From Burkholderiales bacterium (GTDB taxonomy: Bacteria; Pseudomonadota; Gammaproteobacteria; Burkholderiales; SG8-39): a stretch of 64,000 nucleotides of DNA. The DNA lies in the NCBI GenBank assembly GCA_035607175.1, contig DATNCP010000162.1, positions 18,362 through 82,361 of the forward strand. The letters run 5' to 3'. The position numbers were made by a program, and so were the translations under genes. The notes under the pieces are model-generated. The model saw only the letters and a list, made by a program, of their open reading frames with translations. It was not told where the DNA came from and searched no databases. Position 1 is the first letter of the stretch, and each line of letters opens with the position of its first letter. Below are positions 19,166-28,883 of the stretch, piece after piece.

Positions 19166-22100
19166 GTGGACAACGAGAAGTACGTAACCCGCCGGCGCCA
19201 GTGGCGCGAGGCGGTGAGCATCCTGCTCGTCGAGGACGACACGACGTTCGCAGAGCTGGTGCGCGCCCAGCTGCGCCGCATGCCCTGGGTGCAGGCGCGC
19301 CTCGAGGTCGCCGGGTCGCTGCGAGCGGCGCTGGAGAAGCTCGCCGCCGAACCCTTCGGCCTGGTCGTCACCGACCTGAACCTGCCCGACAGCAAAGGCC
19401 TCGATACGCTCGGTGCGCTATCGCGGGCGGGGGACCAGCCGATCCTCGTTCTCTCCGGCGACCAGGACCCGGCGGTGCGTGCCGGCGCGCTCGACGGCGG
19501 CGCGTACGACTTCGTGTCGAAGGACAACCTCAGCGCCGCCTCGCTCGAACGGCTGGTGCGGCTGGCGTCGATCCAGGCCAACACCTTCAGCCTGGTGCGC
19601 GAGAGCGAGGAGCGCTTCCGCAGCCTGATCAAGCTTTCGTCCGAATGGTATTGGGAGCAGGACGAGGAGCTGCGCTTCACCCGCATCGAGGGCCGGGTCG
19701 GCGAGAAATCGGGCGATCCGCGGCGGGCGATCGGCAAGCGCCGCTGGGAGATCCCGGGCTTGACGCCGGTCTCGGCGAGCTGGGACGAGCACCGCCGCCA
19801 GCTCGAGGCGCGCCAGCCGTTCCGGGACTTCGAGTACTCGCGGCGCGGCGACGACGGCGAGGTGCGCCACCTCACCGCGAGCGGCGAGCCGATCTACGAC
19901 GCGAAGGGTGCGTTCCGCGGCTATCGCGGCATTGCCCACGACATCACCGGGCGCAAGCGCACCGACGAGGAGCTGCAGCGCTTCCGGCTGGCGATGGACG
20001 ATTCGGCCGATATCATCGTCCTCGTCGACCGCGCGACCATGCGCTTCGTCGACGTGAACCGCACCGCCTGCACGCTGCTCGGCTACAGCCGCGAGGAGCT
20101 GCTGGCGATGGGGCCGCAGGACGTGCTGCTCTTCAGCCGCGAGCAGCTGGAGAAGGCCTACGACGAGTTCATCGCCGATCCCTCGCACGCCAGCGGCATG
20201 AGCAGCCACTACCGCTGCAAGGACGGTACGCTCCTGCCGTTCGAGTCGACGCGGCGCGTGCTGCGCTCGGGGTCCGGATGGATCATGGCCGCCATCTCGC
20301 GCGATGTGCGGGAGCGCATCGCCGCCGAGAAGGCGCTTCACGAAAGCAGCGAGCGCTTCCGCAGCCTGAACGCGCTCTCCTCGGACTGGTACTGGGAGCA
20401 GGACAGCGAATTCCGCCTGACCTTCATGTCGAGCATCGACAAGCTCGGCCTCGATCCGACCAAGTACCTCGGCGGCCGCCGCTGGGACCAGCCGGCGCTG
20501 AACCTCGACGCGGCAGCGTGGGCGAGCCACCGCGCGCAGCTCGAGCGCCACGAGCCGTTCCACGACTTCGAGATGGAGCGGCCCGGGAGCGACGGCGCCA
20601 GCGTCTGGCTGTCGCTCTCCGGCGAGCCGATATTCGATGCCGCCGGGCGTTTCACGGGCTACCGCGGCATCGGGCGGGATATCACGGCGCGCAAGCTCGA
20701 GGAACGCCTCAAGAGCCTCGAGCATCGCGTGACGCGCGGCCTCGCCGACGCGGGCAGCGATGCGGAGGGCGTGCAAGGCGTGCTGCGCGCCATCTGCGAG
20801 ACGGAGATGTGGGATTGCGGCCGCTACTACGACGCCGGCGACGGCAGCGTGCTGCGCCTGCTCGAGGCGTGGACGGCGCCGGGGTCGGGACTCGAGGCCC
20901 TGATCGAGGCCGCGCGGGGGGTAACTTTCGAGCCCGGCAAGGGGCTGAGCGGCCAGGTCTGGCAGTCGGGCGAGCCGATCTGGGTGGCCGACATGCGCCG
21001 CGATGCACGGGCGGCGCAGCGCGTGTTCGGCGCCGATTCCGGAATGCGCGGCGCTTTCGGCTTCGCGGTCACGGCCGGCGGCCGCGCGATCGGCGTGCTG
21101 ATGTTCAATGCCCGCGAGGTCCGCCCGCCTCACGAGCGCCTCCTGCAGGCGGCGCGCGTCATCGGCAGCCAGGTGGGCCAGTTCCTGCAGAGGAAGCGCG
21201 CCGAGGACGCCGCCGCGCGGCTGGCCCGCATGTACCGGGCGCTCGGCGCCGCCAACGAGGCGATCCTGCGCGCGAAGGCCTCCCAGGAAGTGTTCGAGCG
21301 CGCCTGCCAGATCGCGGTCGAGGCGGGCAACTTCCTGATCGGCACCGTGTTCGTCATTGACCCGCGGACCAAGACCTTGAGCCGCGCCGCGGTGAGCGGC
21401 CGCGCCGCCGAGCTGGTGCATCCGGTGCGCCCTACGTTCGACGCCAACGATCTCGCGGGCAAGGGCCTGATCGGCGAAGCCTGCCGCACCGGGCAACCGG
21501 CGATCAGCAATGACTACAACGCCGATCCGCGCGTCGTCGGTCGAGCCGGTGCGTACGAGGTCGGCTCGGCGGCAGTGTTTCCCCTGCACGTCGAGGGCGA
21601 GCTGTTCGGCGTCTTCGGCCTGCAGCACGCGCAGCGCGGCGCCTTCGGCGACGAGCTGACTGCGCTGCTGCAGCGGCTCGCCGACAACATCGCCTTCGCG
21701 CTGGAGAACTTCCGCGCCAATAAGCGGCGGCGCGCGGCCAAGCGCAAGCTGGCCGAGAGCGAGCAGCGCTTCCGCAGCCTGACCGGGCTTTCCTCCGACA
21801 TGTACTGGGAGCAGGACGAGGAGCACCGCTTCACCGCCCTGTCCGATTCCGGGCCGAAATCGCTCAATGCCTGGCGCCGGCAGAACATGCTGGGCAAGCG
21901 CCGCTGGGACCAGCATTACTTCAACATGACCGAGGCGGGCTGGGAAGCGCATCGCGCGAAGCTCGCGGCGCGCGAGCCTTTTCTCGACCTCGAGCTCGGC
22001 CGGGTCAACGAGGCGGGCGAGAAGGTCTGGGTGACGGTAAGCGGCGAGCCGTTCTTCGACGAGGCGGGAACGTTCCGCGGCTACCGCGGCATCGGCAAGG

Positions 22101-25100
22101 AGATCACCGAGCGCAAGCGGGCGGCGCAGCTGCGCGAGCTCGAGCACTCGGTGACGCGCTCGCTCGCCGAGGCGAACGACGTCGACGACGCGCTACGCGG
22201 GCTGATCCGCGCCGTTTGCGACGCCGAGGGCTGGGAGGCAGGCCGCTATTTCCGTCCCGACCTGGAGGCCAGGGCGCTGCGCTTCAGCGTCGGCTGGGGC
22301 GTGGAGGACGCGGCCGTGCGGCGCTATCTCGACGCTTCGCGCGAGGCATCCTTCGCTTTCGGTACCGGCCTCGTCGGCCGCGTCTGGCTGAGCGGCGAGC
22401 CGCTCTGGATCGCCGACATGCGCGACGACCCGCGCGTCGCGACCGTCTCGCTCTCCCGCGACAGCGGGATGCACGGCGCATTCGTCTTCCCCGTCATCGC
22501 CGACGGCCGGACCATCGGCGTGCTCATCTTCAACAGCCGGGACGTGCGGCAGCCCGAGCACCAGCTCCTGCAGGCGATCCGCGTCATCGGCAGCCAGATC
22601 GGCCAGTTCCTGCAGCGCAAGGAGATCGAAGCGAGCCGCCGCCGCGACGAGGACGAGCTGCGCCGCTTCCGCGCCGCCATGGACACGTCGGCCGACATGA
22701 TCCTGCTGGTCGACCGCGAGACGCTGCGCTACGTCGACGCCAACGCCACCGCCTGCCAGAACCTGGGCTATACGCGCGAAGAGCTGCTGCGCGTCGGGCC
22801 GCTCGACGTGACGCCGCTGAGCCGCGCGGATCTCGAGCGCAACTACGACGAGATGATCGCCAGCGGCGAGACGACGCGGCTGCAGAGCGTCCAGCTCCAC
22901 CGCAGCGGGCGGGCCATCCCGACCGAGGTCCTGCGCCGTGCCGTGCGCATCGGCGAGCGCTGGATCATCGTCGCCATCCTGCGCGACATCAGCGAGCGGC
23001 TCGCCGCCGACGAAGCGTTGCGCAGGAGCGAGGCGCGCTTCCGCGGCCTGACCAACCTGTCCTCCGACTGGTACTGGGAGCAGGACACCGAGTTCCGCTT
23101 CACCAAATTCGAGGGCAAGGGCTCCGCGGATGGCTACTCGCCGGGCGTTCTGATCATCGGCAAGTGCATCTGGGACCTGCCCGGCATGGTCGGCGGCTCG
23201 GTCGACTGGGCCGCGCATCGCGCAACGCTCGAGCGCCACGAGTCGTTCCGCAACATCCAGTATTCATACCGGGTGCGCTCGGGCGCCGTGTTCTACGTCA
23301 GCGTCGACGGGGAGCCGGTGTTCGACGACAGCGGCCGCTTCGCCGGCTACCGCGGCACCTCGCGCGACATCACCCGGCAGCGGCGCGACGAGGAGGAGCT
23401 GCGCCGGTTCCGCGCGGCGATGGACATGTCGCTCGATGCGATCTACCTGACCGACCGCGCCAGCATGCGCTTCATCGACGTCAACGAGGCGGCATGCCGC
23501 GGCACCGGCCGCACGCGTGCGGAACTGCTCGAGATGGGGCCCCACGATCTGCTGCAGACGCCGCGCGCGGCCATCGAGGCGGAATACGACGCGGTGATCG
23601 CCCAGGGCAGCGCCGGAACGCGCAGCGAGAGCTCGTACGCCTCGAAGGACGGTGCGCGGCGCTGGACCGAGCTGCACCGCCGGGCGCTGCGCGCCGGCGA
23701 GAGCTGGATCGTGGTCTCCATCTCGCGCGACATCACCGAGCGCAAGCGCGCCGAGCAGCGCCAGGCGCAGTATGTCCGGCACCAGGAGCGGGTCGCGCGC
23801 TTCGGCCAGTCGGCGCTCGCCAAGCGCGAGCCGGGCGAGCTGGTGCGCGAGGCGGTGCAGAACGTGCTCGAAGGCCTGGCGGCCGACGCGGTCGCCTACT
23901 TCGAGCGCGGCACGGGCGGCGCCGAGCTGGTCCTGCACGCGCTGGTGGGCGCGGGCGAGGGCAGGGACGGGGCGGCAGTGAACTGCGGCGAAGCAAACCC
24001 GGTGCAGCGGGTGCTGCGCTCCGGCGGGGCGCTGGTGGTCGACGGCAGCGAGCTCGAATTCGACTGGGCGGCGGGGCTGCACAGCGCCGCCGTGATTCCG
24101 GTGCGCGGCGAGCGCAACGCGCGCGGCGCGTTGTGCGTCTGCTACCGCGCCGCCAGCGCTTTCGCGACCGACGCGCTCAACTTCGTCGAGGCCGCGGCGA
24201 GCGTGCTCTCGGCCGGCCTGCAGCGCATCGACAGCGAGAGCCGGCTCGCCTTCCTCGCGCAGTTCGACTCCCTCACCGGCCTGCCCAACCGGGCCCTGCT
24301 CGCCGACCGCTTCTCGCAGATGATCGTGCTGGCGAAGCGCCGCAACGCCAGCCTGAGCGTGCTGTTCGTCGATCTCGACGAGTTCAAGACGGTGAACGAC
24401 ACCCTCGGCCACGCCGGCGGCGACCAGCTCCTGAAGGAGGTGGCGGTGCGCCTGCAGGCCTGCGTGCGCCCCGGCGACACGGTGGCGCGCATCAGCGGCG
24501 ACGAGTTCGCGGTGGTCCTCGCCGACATGGCGCGGCCGGAGGACGGCGCGCTGGTGGCGCAGAAGGTCATCGACCGGCTCGGCGCGGCGTTCGAGATCCA
24601 CGGCCAGGAGGTATTCGTCAGCGCCAGCCTCGGCATCGCCGCCTATCCCGGCGACGGCGCCGACGCCGAGACCTTGATCGGCGCGGCCGACGCCGCCATG
24701 TACCGCGCCAAGCAGGCCGGCCGCAACACGTTCCAGTTCTTCACCGCCGAGATCAACCAGCGCACACGCAGCCGCGCGCAGCTCGGCGTCGAGCTGCGCC
24801 GCGCCCTCGAGCGGGAAGAGTTCGTCCTCTACTACCAGCCGAAGTACGAGCTCGCCGACCGGCGGCCGCACGGCGCCGAGGCGCTGCTGCGCTGGCGGCA
24901 TCCCGAGCGCGGCCTGGTCTCGCCGGCGGAGTTCATCCCGGTGCTGGAGGAGACCGGCCTGATCGTGCCGGTCGGCGAGTGGGTGCTGAAGCGCGCCTGC
25001 GAGGACCTCAAGGCCTGGCAGGCGGCCGGCTTCGCGGTCGGCCCGGTGGCGGTGAACCTGTCGGCGCGCCAGTTCCGCCTGCAGGACCTCGACGCGCGGC

Positions 25101-25543
25101 TCAAGGCCGTGGTGTCCGAGACGGGGATCGATCCGTCGCTGATCGAGCTGGAAATCACCGAGAGCCAGCTGATGGTCGATCCCGACCACGCGATCCGCGT
25201 CATGCGCTCGCTGTGCGACGCCGGCATGCGCATCGCCATCGACGACTTCGGCACCGGCTACTCGAGCCTCGCGTACCTGACGCGTTTCCCGGTCGGGGCG
25301 CTGAAGATCGACCGCTCGTTCGTCGCCGACGTCAACAAGGACCCGAGCAACGCGACCATCGTGCGCACCATCATCGAGATGGCGCACAGCCTCGGCTTCA
25401 CGGTAGTGGCCGAGGGCGTCGAGACCGAGGAGCAGGCGCACTTCCTGCGCCTGCTGCGCTGCGAGCGGGCGCAGGGCTTCCTTTTCGCCCGGCCGATGCC
25501 GGCCGCGGATCTGCTCAAGCTCTTTTCCAAGAAAGCTAATTGA
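19166..25543 (+). CDS. giant REC-(PAS x7, GAF x4)-GGDEF(SGDEF)-EAL c-di-GMP signalling protein
   Basis: GTG 19166 is used; GTG 19214 is an alternative. REC: ILLVEDD...LVVTDLNLPDSKG. Four SS(D/E)WYWEQD PAS units and three RFR(L/A)AMD PAS units. RPGD-x5-SGDEF. EAL motifs are intact. The C-terminal 430 aa are about 75% identical by eye to the upstream paralogue. Confidence 0.85.
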   Translation: MDNEKYVTRRRQWREAVSILLVEDDTTFAELVRAQLRRMPWVQARLEVAGSLRAALEKLAAEPFGLVVTDLNLPDSKGLDTLGALSRAGDQPILVLSGDQDPAVRAGALDGGAYDFVSKDNLSAASLERLVRLASIQANTFSLVRESEERFRSLIKLSSEWYWEQDEELRFTRIEGRVGEKSGDPRRAIGKRRWEIPGLTPVSASWDEHRRQLEARQPFRDFEYSRRGDDGEVRHLTASGEPIYDAKGAFRGYRGIAHDITGRKRTDEELQRFRLAMDDSADIIVLVDRATMRFVDVNRTACTLLGYSREELLAMGPQDVLLFSREQLEKAYDEFIADPSHASGMSSHYRCKDGTLLPFESTRRVLRSGSGWIMAAISRDVRERIAAEKALHESSERFRSLNALSSDWYWEQDSEFRLTFMSSIDKLGLDPTKYLGGRRWDQPALNLDAAAWASHRAQLERHEPFHDFEMERPGSDGASVWLSLSGEPIFDAAGRFTGYRGIGRDITARKLEERLKSLEHRVTRGLADAGSDAEGVQGVLRAICETEMWDCGRYYDAGDGSVLRLLEAWTAPGSGLEALIEAARGVTFEPGKGLSGQVWQSGEPIWVADMRRDARAAQRVFGADSGMRGAFGFAVTAGGRAIGVLMFNAREVRPPHERLLQAARVIGSQVGQFLQRKRAEDAAARLARMYRALGAANEAILRAKASQEVFERACQIAVEAGNFLIGTVFVIDPRTKTLSRAAVSGRAAELVHPVRPTFDANDLAGKGLIGEACRTGQPAISNDYNADPRVVGRAGAYEVGSAAVFPLHVEGELFGVFGLQHAQRGAFGDELTALLQRLADNIAFALENFRANKRRRAAKRKLAESEQRFRSLTGLSSDMYWEQDEEHRFTALSDSGPKSLNAWRRQNMLGKRRWDQHYFNMTEAGWEAHRAKLAAREPFLDLELGRVNEAGEKVWVTVSGEPFFDEAGTFRGYRGIGKEITERKRAAQLRELEHSVTRSLAEANDVDDALRGLIRAVCDAEGWEAGRYFRPDLEARALRFSVGWGVEDAAVRRYLDASREASFAFGTGLVGRVWLSGEPLWIADMRDDPRVATVSLSRDSGMHGAFVFPVIADGRTIGVLIFNSRDVRQPEHQLLQAIRVIGSQIGQFLQRKEIEASRRRDEDELRRFRAAMDTSADMILLVDRETLRYVDANATACQNLGYTREELLRVGPLDVTPLSRADLERNYDEMIASGETTRLQSVQLHRSGRAIPTEVLRRAVRIGERWIIVAILRDISERLAADEALRRSEARFRGLTNLSSDWYWEQDTEFRFTKFEGKGSADGYSPGVLIIGKCIWDLPGMVGGSVDWAAHRATLERHESFRNIQYSYRVRSGAVFYVSVDGEPVFDDSGRFAGYRGTSRDITRQRRDEEELRRFRAAMDMSLDAIYLTDRASMRFIDVNEAACRGTGRTRAELLEMGPHDLLQTPRAAIEAEYDAVIAQGSAGTRSESSYASKDGARRWTELHRRALRAGESWIVVSISRDITERKRAEQRQAQYVRHQERVARFGQSALAKREPGELVREAVQNVLEGLAADAVAYFERGTGGAELVLHALVGAGEGRDGAAVNCGEANPVQRVLRSGGALVVDGSELEFDWAAGLHSAAVIPVRGERNARGALCVCYRAASAFATDALNFVEAAASVLSAGLQRIDSESRLAFLAQFDSLTGLPNRALLADRFSQMIVLAKRRNASLSVLFVDLDEFKTVNDTLGHAGGDQLLKEVAVRLQACVRPGDTVARISGDEFAVVLADMARPEDGALVAQKVIDRLGAAFEIHGQEVFVSASLGIAAYPGDGADAETLIGAADAAMYRAKQAGRNTFQFFTAEINQRTRSRAQLGVELRRALEREEFVLYYQPKYELADRRPHGAEALLRWRHPERGLVSPAEFIPVLEETGLIVPVGEWVLKRACEDLKAWQAAGFAVGPVAVNLSARQFRLQDLDARLKAVVSETGIDPSLIELEITESQLMVDPDHAIRVMRSLCDAGMRIAIDDFGTGYSSLAYLTRFPVGALKIDRSFVADVNKDPSNATIVRTIIEMAHSLGFTVVAEGVETEEQAHFLRLLRCERAQGFLFARPMPAADLLKLFSKKAN

Positions 25544-25576
25544 CAAAGGTAGTTGGGCGGTCGAGAATCGTCCGCC

Positions 25577-26101
25577 ATGTCCCGCAAGCGCGGCCGTCCG
25601 CACACGGTTTCCCGCAGGGCGCTGCTGACCGGCGGGTCGGACGCCGAGTTCCGGCTGCTGATCCACGACCTGATCGCCTACGGCCACAAGCTCGACGCGT
25701 GCCGCGACGCGTTCGCCGCCATCGCCGGCATCTCCGGGGTGCAGTACGAGATCCTGATGCTGGTGTCGCGCGCCGAGGGCCTCTCGATCGGCGAGGTGGC
25801 GGCGCGGCTGCACCGCTCCGGCGCGTTCATCACCATCGAAGCCAACAAGCTCGTTGCGCAAGGCATTCTCGAGAAGGCGTCGGACCCCGCGGACGGCAGG
25901 AGAGTCCTGCTGCAAATGAACGCGAAGTCCGATGCGCTGCTTGAGCGGCTCGCCCCGTACCAGCGGCGCATCAACGATGTGCTCTTCGCGTCCCTCGACG
26001 CGAAGCGCTTTCGTGTGCTGCGCACGCTCGCCGCGGAGCTGGTCGCAGACGGCGACCGGGCCGTGGCGCTGCTCGACTACCTGAAGCAGGAGGCGGCGTG
26101 A
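25577..26101 (+). CDS. MarR family transcriptional regulator
   Basis: ATG 25577. Winged-HTH segment: GISGVQYEILMLVSRAEGLSIGEVAARLHRSGAFITIEANKLVAQGILEKASDPADGRRVLL. Confidence 0.8.
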   Translation: MSRKRGRPHTVSRRALLTGGSDAEFRLLIHDLIAYGHKLDACRDAFAAIAGISGVQYEILMLVSRAEGLSIGEVAARLHRSGAFITIEANKLVAQGILEKASDPADGRRVLLQMNAKSDALLERLAPYQRRINDVLFASLDAKRFRVLRTLAAELVADGDRAVALLDYLKQEAA

Positions 26102-26433
26102 GCGTGTCGTATTTCGTGCGCTACGACATCGAGGCCGGGGACCTGAAGGCGTTCCTGCGCCGCTACCGCGACGTGCACGTGCCGATGGTGGCGCGCTGGC
26201 CCGGGCTGCGGCGCATGGTCATGCACACGCCGCTCGAGTGGCAGGACCCGTTTCCGGTGAATCGCGGCAAGGCGGCATTGATGGCGCAGCTCGAGTTCGA
26301 CAGCGAGGCGGCGATGAACAAGGCGTTCGCCTCGCCCGAAAGGGCCGCGGCGCGGGAGGATTTCAAGCGCTTCATGACGTTCGAGGGCACGGTGACGCAT
26401 CAGGCGATGAGGAGCGAGGAGGTATGGCCATGA
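26098..26433 (+). CDS. EthD-domain protein
   Basis: GTG 26098 in a GTGA overlap, with AGGAGG upstream. About 110 aa. YFVRYD...HVPMV...ALMAQLEFDS matches the EthD/TIGR02118 pattern as I remember it. Confidence 0.65.
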   Translation: MSVSYFVRYDIEAGDLKAFLRRYRDVHVPMVARWPGLRRMVMHTPLEWQDPFPVNRGKAALMAQLEFDSEAAMNKAFASPERAAAREDFKRFMTFEGTVTHQAMRSEEVWP

Positions 26434-26834
26434 AACCGAAGCAACACCTGGAATTCGTCAAGGTCGATCTTGCCGGCGGCTGGCAGCAGGTGCCGGGCTA
26501 CCCGCCGGGCTTCTCGCAGAAGATCCTCGCCTCCGACTTGGACGAAAAAGCGAAGAGAGGTAGCCGCACGCGGCTGCTCAAGATCGACGCCGGGGCCTTC
26601 ACCACCGAGCCGTTCGTGCACGACCACTGGGAAGAGGTCTACGTCGTGCAGGGCGACCTCGTCGTCGGCAACGACAAGCAGGGCAAGGGCGGGCAGCAGT
26701 GCTTCGCCTCGACCTATGCCTGCCGGCCGCCGGGCGCCCACCACGGCCCGTTCACGTCCCGCGGCGGCTGCATCCTGCACGAGATCCACTATTACGAAAC
26801 GTCCGGGGCGAGCCATGCTGAAGACCGGCGCTGA
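26430..26834 (+). CDS. cupin domain protein
   Basis: ATG 26430 lies 7 nt after GAGGAGG. HDHWEEVYVVQGDL...PPGAHHGPF is a cupin motif pair. Confidence 0.7.
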   Translation: MKPKQHLEFVKVDLAGGWQQVPGYPPGFSQKILASDLDEKAKRGSRTRLLKIDAGAFTTEPFVHDHWEEVYVVQGDLVVGNDKQGKGGQQCFASTYACRPPGAHHGPFTSRGGCILHEIHYYETSGASHAEDRR

Positions 26835-28272
26835 GCACCTCGAGTCGCTGCGCGACGGCCGCGTCGTCTACATCGGCTCGGAGCGCGTCGACGACGTCAC
26901 CGCGCACCCGGCTTTCCGCAACGGCGCCCGCTCGATCGCCGCCATCTACGACATGAAGCGCGCCAGCGCCGACTTCTCGTACGAGGAGAAGAAGGAGAAG
27001 TACAGCGCCTACTTCCTGAGGGCGAAGACGCGCGAGGACCTGGAGAAGCGCACCCGGCTGCACCGCGCGATCGCGCGGATGAGCCACGGCCTGCTCGGCC
27101 GCTCGCCCGATCACGTGGCGAGCTTCGTCACCGGCATGGCCATGAATCCCTCGGTCTTCGGCAAGTACGAGAAGAACCTGCGCGCGTATTACGAGAAAAT
27201 GCGCCGCGAGGATCTCTACGGCGTCTACGCCGTGCTGCCGCCGCAGGCGGCGAGGAACCCCGAGTTCTACCAGAGCAAGAATCTGCCGGTGCCGTCGCTG
27301 CGCGTGGTGCGCGAGGACGACGACGGCCTGGTCGTCTCGGGCATGAAGATGCTCGCCACCGGCGCGGTGTTCGCCAACGAGCTGTGGATCGGCAACCTGC
27401 TGCCGCTCGCGCCGACCCAGCTCGCCGAGTCGATCACCTGCGCCATCCCCGCGGGCACGCCCGGCGTCACGCTCTGGTCGCGCAAGCCCTTCGAGCTGCA
27501 CGCGCGCTGCGAGTTCGACAATCCGCTCGCCTGGCGCTTCGACGAGACCGACTCGATGGTGATGTGCGACAACGTCAAGGTGCCGTGGGAGCGCGTGTTC
27601 GTGCACATGGACGCGATCCTGGCGCGCGAGATCTACATCCGCACCGCCGGGCACTGCTACGGCAACCACCAGTCGAATGTGCGCTTCCACGCCAAGATGC
27701 AGCTCATCGTCGGCCTGGCGAGCAAGATCGCGCATTCCTCCGGCGCCAACGAGGTGCCGGCGGTGCGCGAGGTGCTCGGGCGCTTCGCCGCCCTCGAGGC
27801 GGCGCTCGGCGGCATGATCGCCGGGCAGCTGCAGGACGCCGAGGACTGGCCGGCCGGGTACAAGACCTACAACCGGCGCTACATGTACGCAGCCCTCAAC
27901 TGGTGCACCGAAAGCCACTCGTCGATCATCGATGCCTTGCGCGAGCTGGTCGGCGGCGGCGTCTTCCAGATGCCCGCCGACGTGACCGTGATGCACGACC
28001 CGAAGCTGCGCGAGCTGTTCGAGAAGTACTGGCAGACGCCGCAGCTCCCCGCGCTCGAGCGGATGAAGCTCTACAAGCTCGCCTGGGACCTGATCGGCTC
28101 CGAGTTCGCCGGCCGGCACCTGCAGTACGAGAAGTTCTACGCCGGCGCGTCCTTCATCGTTCGCAACCACAGCTTCCGCGAGGCGCCGTGGACCGACTAC
28201 CACAAGGTCGTCGACGACCTGATGGCGGGCTACGACGTCCCCGAAGCAGCGGCGATGCGGAAGGTAGCGTGA
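26815..28272 (+). CDS. 4-hydroxyphenylacetate 3-monooxygenase oxygenase-component (HpaB) family protein
   Basis: ATG 26815 gives MLKTGAEHLESLRDGRVVYIGSERVDDVTAHPAFRN, the family N-terminus. 485 aa. Confidence 0.8.
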   Translation: MLKTGAEHLESLRDGRVVYIGSERVDDVTAHPAFRNGARSIAAIYDMKRASADFSYEEKKEKYSAYFLRAKTREDLEKRTRLHRAIARMSHGLLGRSPDHVASFVTGMAMNPSVFGKYEKNLRAYYEKMRREDLYGVYAVLPPQAARNPEFYQSKNLPVPSLRVVREDDDGLVVSGMKMLATGAVFANELWIGNLLPLAPTQLAESITCAIPAGTPGVTLWSRKPFELHARCEFDNPLAWRFDETDSMVMCDNVKVPWERVFVHMDAILAREIYIRTAGHCYGNHQSNVRFHAKMQLIVGLASKIAHSSGANEVPAVREVLGRFAALEAALGGMIAGQLQDAEDWPAGYKTYNRRYMYAALNWCTESHSSIIDALRELVGGGVFQMPADVTVMHDPKLRELFEKYWQTPQLPALERMKLYKLAWDLIGSEFAGRHLQYEKFYAGASFIVRNHSFREAPWTDYHKVVDDLMAGYDVPEAAAMRKVA

Positions 28273-28883
28273 TGGAGTTCAGCAACGTCGTCATCGCCGG
28301 TTGGACCGGGCGCGATGAAGCGCAACTGAAGAAGCACATCATGGAGCTGGCCGAGATCGGCGTGAAGCCGCCGAAGACCACGCCGATCTTCTACCGCGTC
28401 GCTGCGTCGCTTATCACCTATGCGAACGCGATCCAGGTGTCGGGGCCGGAGACGAGCGGCGAGGTCGAGTTCGTACTCCTCTCCAAGCCCGACGGCCTGT
28501 GGGTCACCGTCGGTTCCGACCACACCGATCGCAAGGCCGAGGCCATCGGCGTCTCCCTCTCGAAGCAGCTCTGCGGGAAACCGATCGCCAAGGACGCGTG
28601 GAGCTACGACGAGGTGAAGCCGCACTGGGACAAGCTGATGCTGCGCTCCTGGGCGGACGGCAAGCTCTATCAGGAAGGCCCGGTCACGGCGATGCGCTCG
28701 CCCGAGGATCTCCTCTCCCGCCACGGCCAGATCCCGGCCGGCTGGGCGATGTTCTGCGGCACCCTCGCCGCCAAGGGCGGTATCCGTCCCGCCGATGTCT
28801 TCCGCATGGAACTCGATGATCCGGTGCGCAGGCGCAAGCTCGTCCACGAGTACCGTATCCACGTTCTTCCGGTCGAAGGCTGA
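28272..28883 (+). CDS. DUF2848-like protein
   Basis: ATG 28272 overlaps the upstream TGA. GWTGRD...TSGEVEFVL...GSDHTDRKAE...SKQLC matches my memory of the DUF2848 pattern. Confidence 0.6.
   Translation: MEFSNVVIAGWTGRDEAQLKKHIMELAEIGVKPPKTTPIFYRVAASLITYANAIQVSGPETSGEVEFVLLSKPDGLWVTVGSDHTDRKAEAIGVSLSKQLCGKPIAKDAWSYDEVKPHWDKLMLRSWADGKLYQEGPVTAMRSPEDLLSRHGQIPAGWAMFCGTLAAKGGIRPADVFRMELDDPVRRRKLVHEYRIHVLPVEG

Noticed and set aside
25544-25576. GGCGG-N11-CCGCC weak hairpin after the giant signalling gene, considered as a terminator.
   Set aside because: The stem is only 5 bp, the loop is long, there is no T tract, and it overlaps the start region of the MarR gene.
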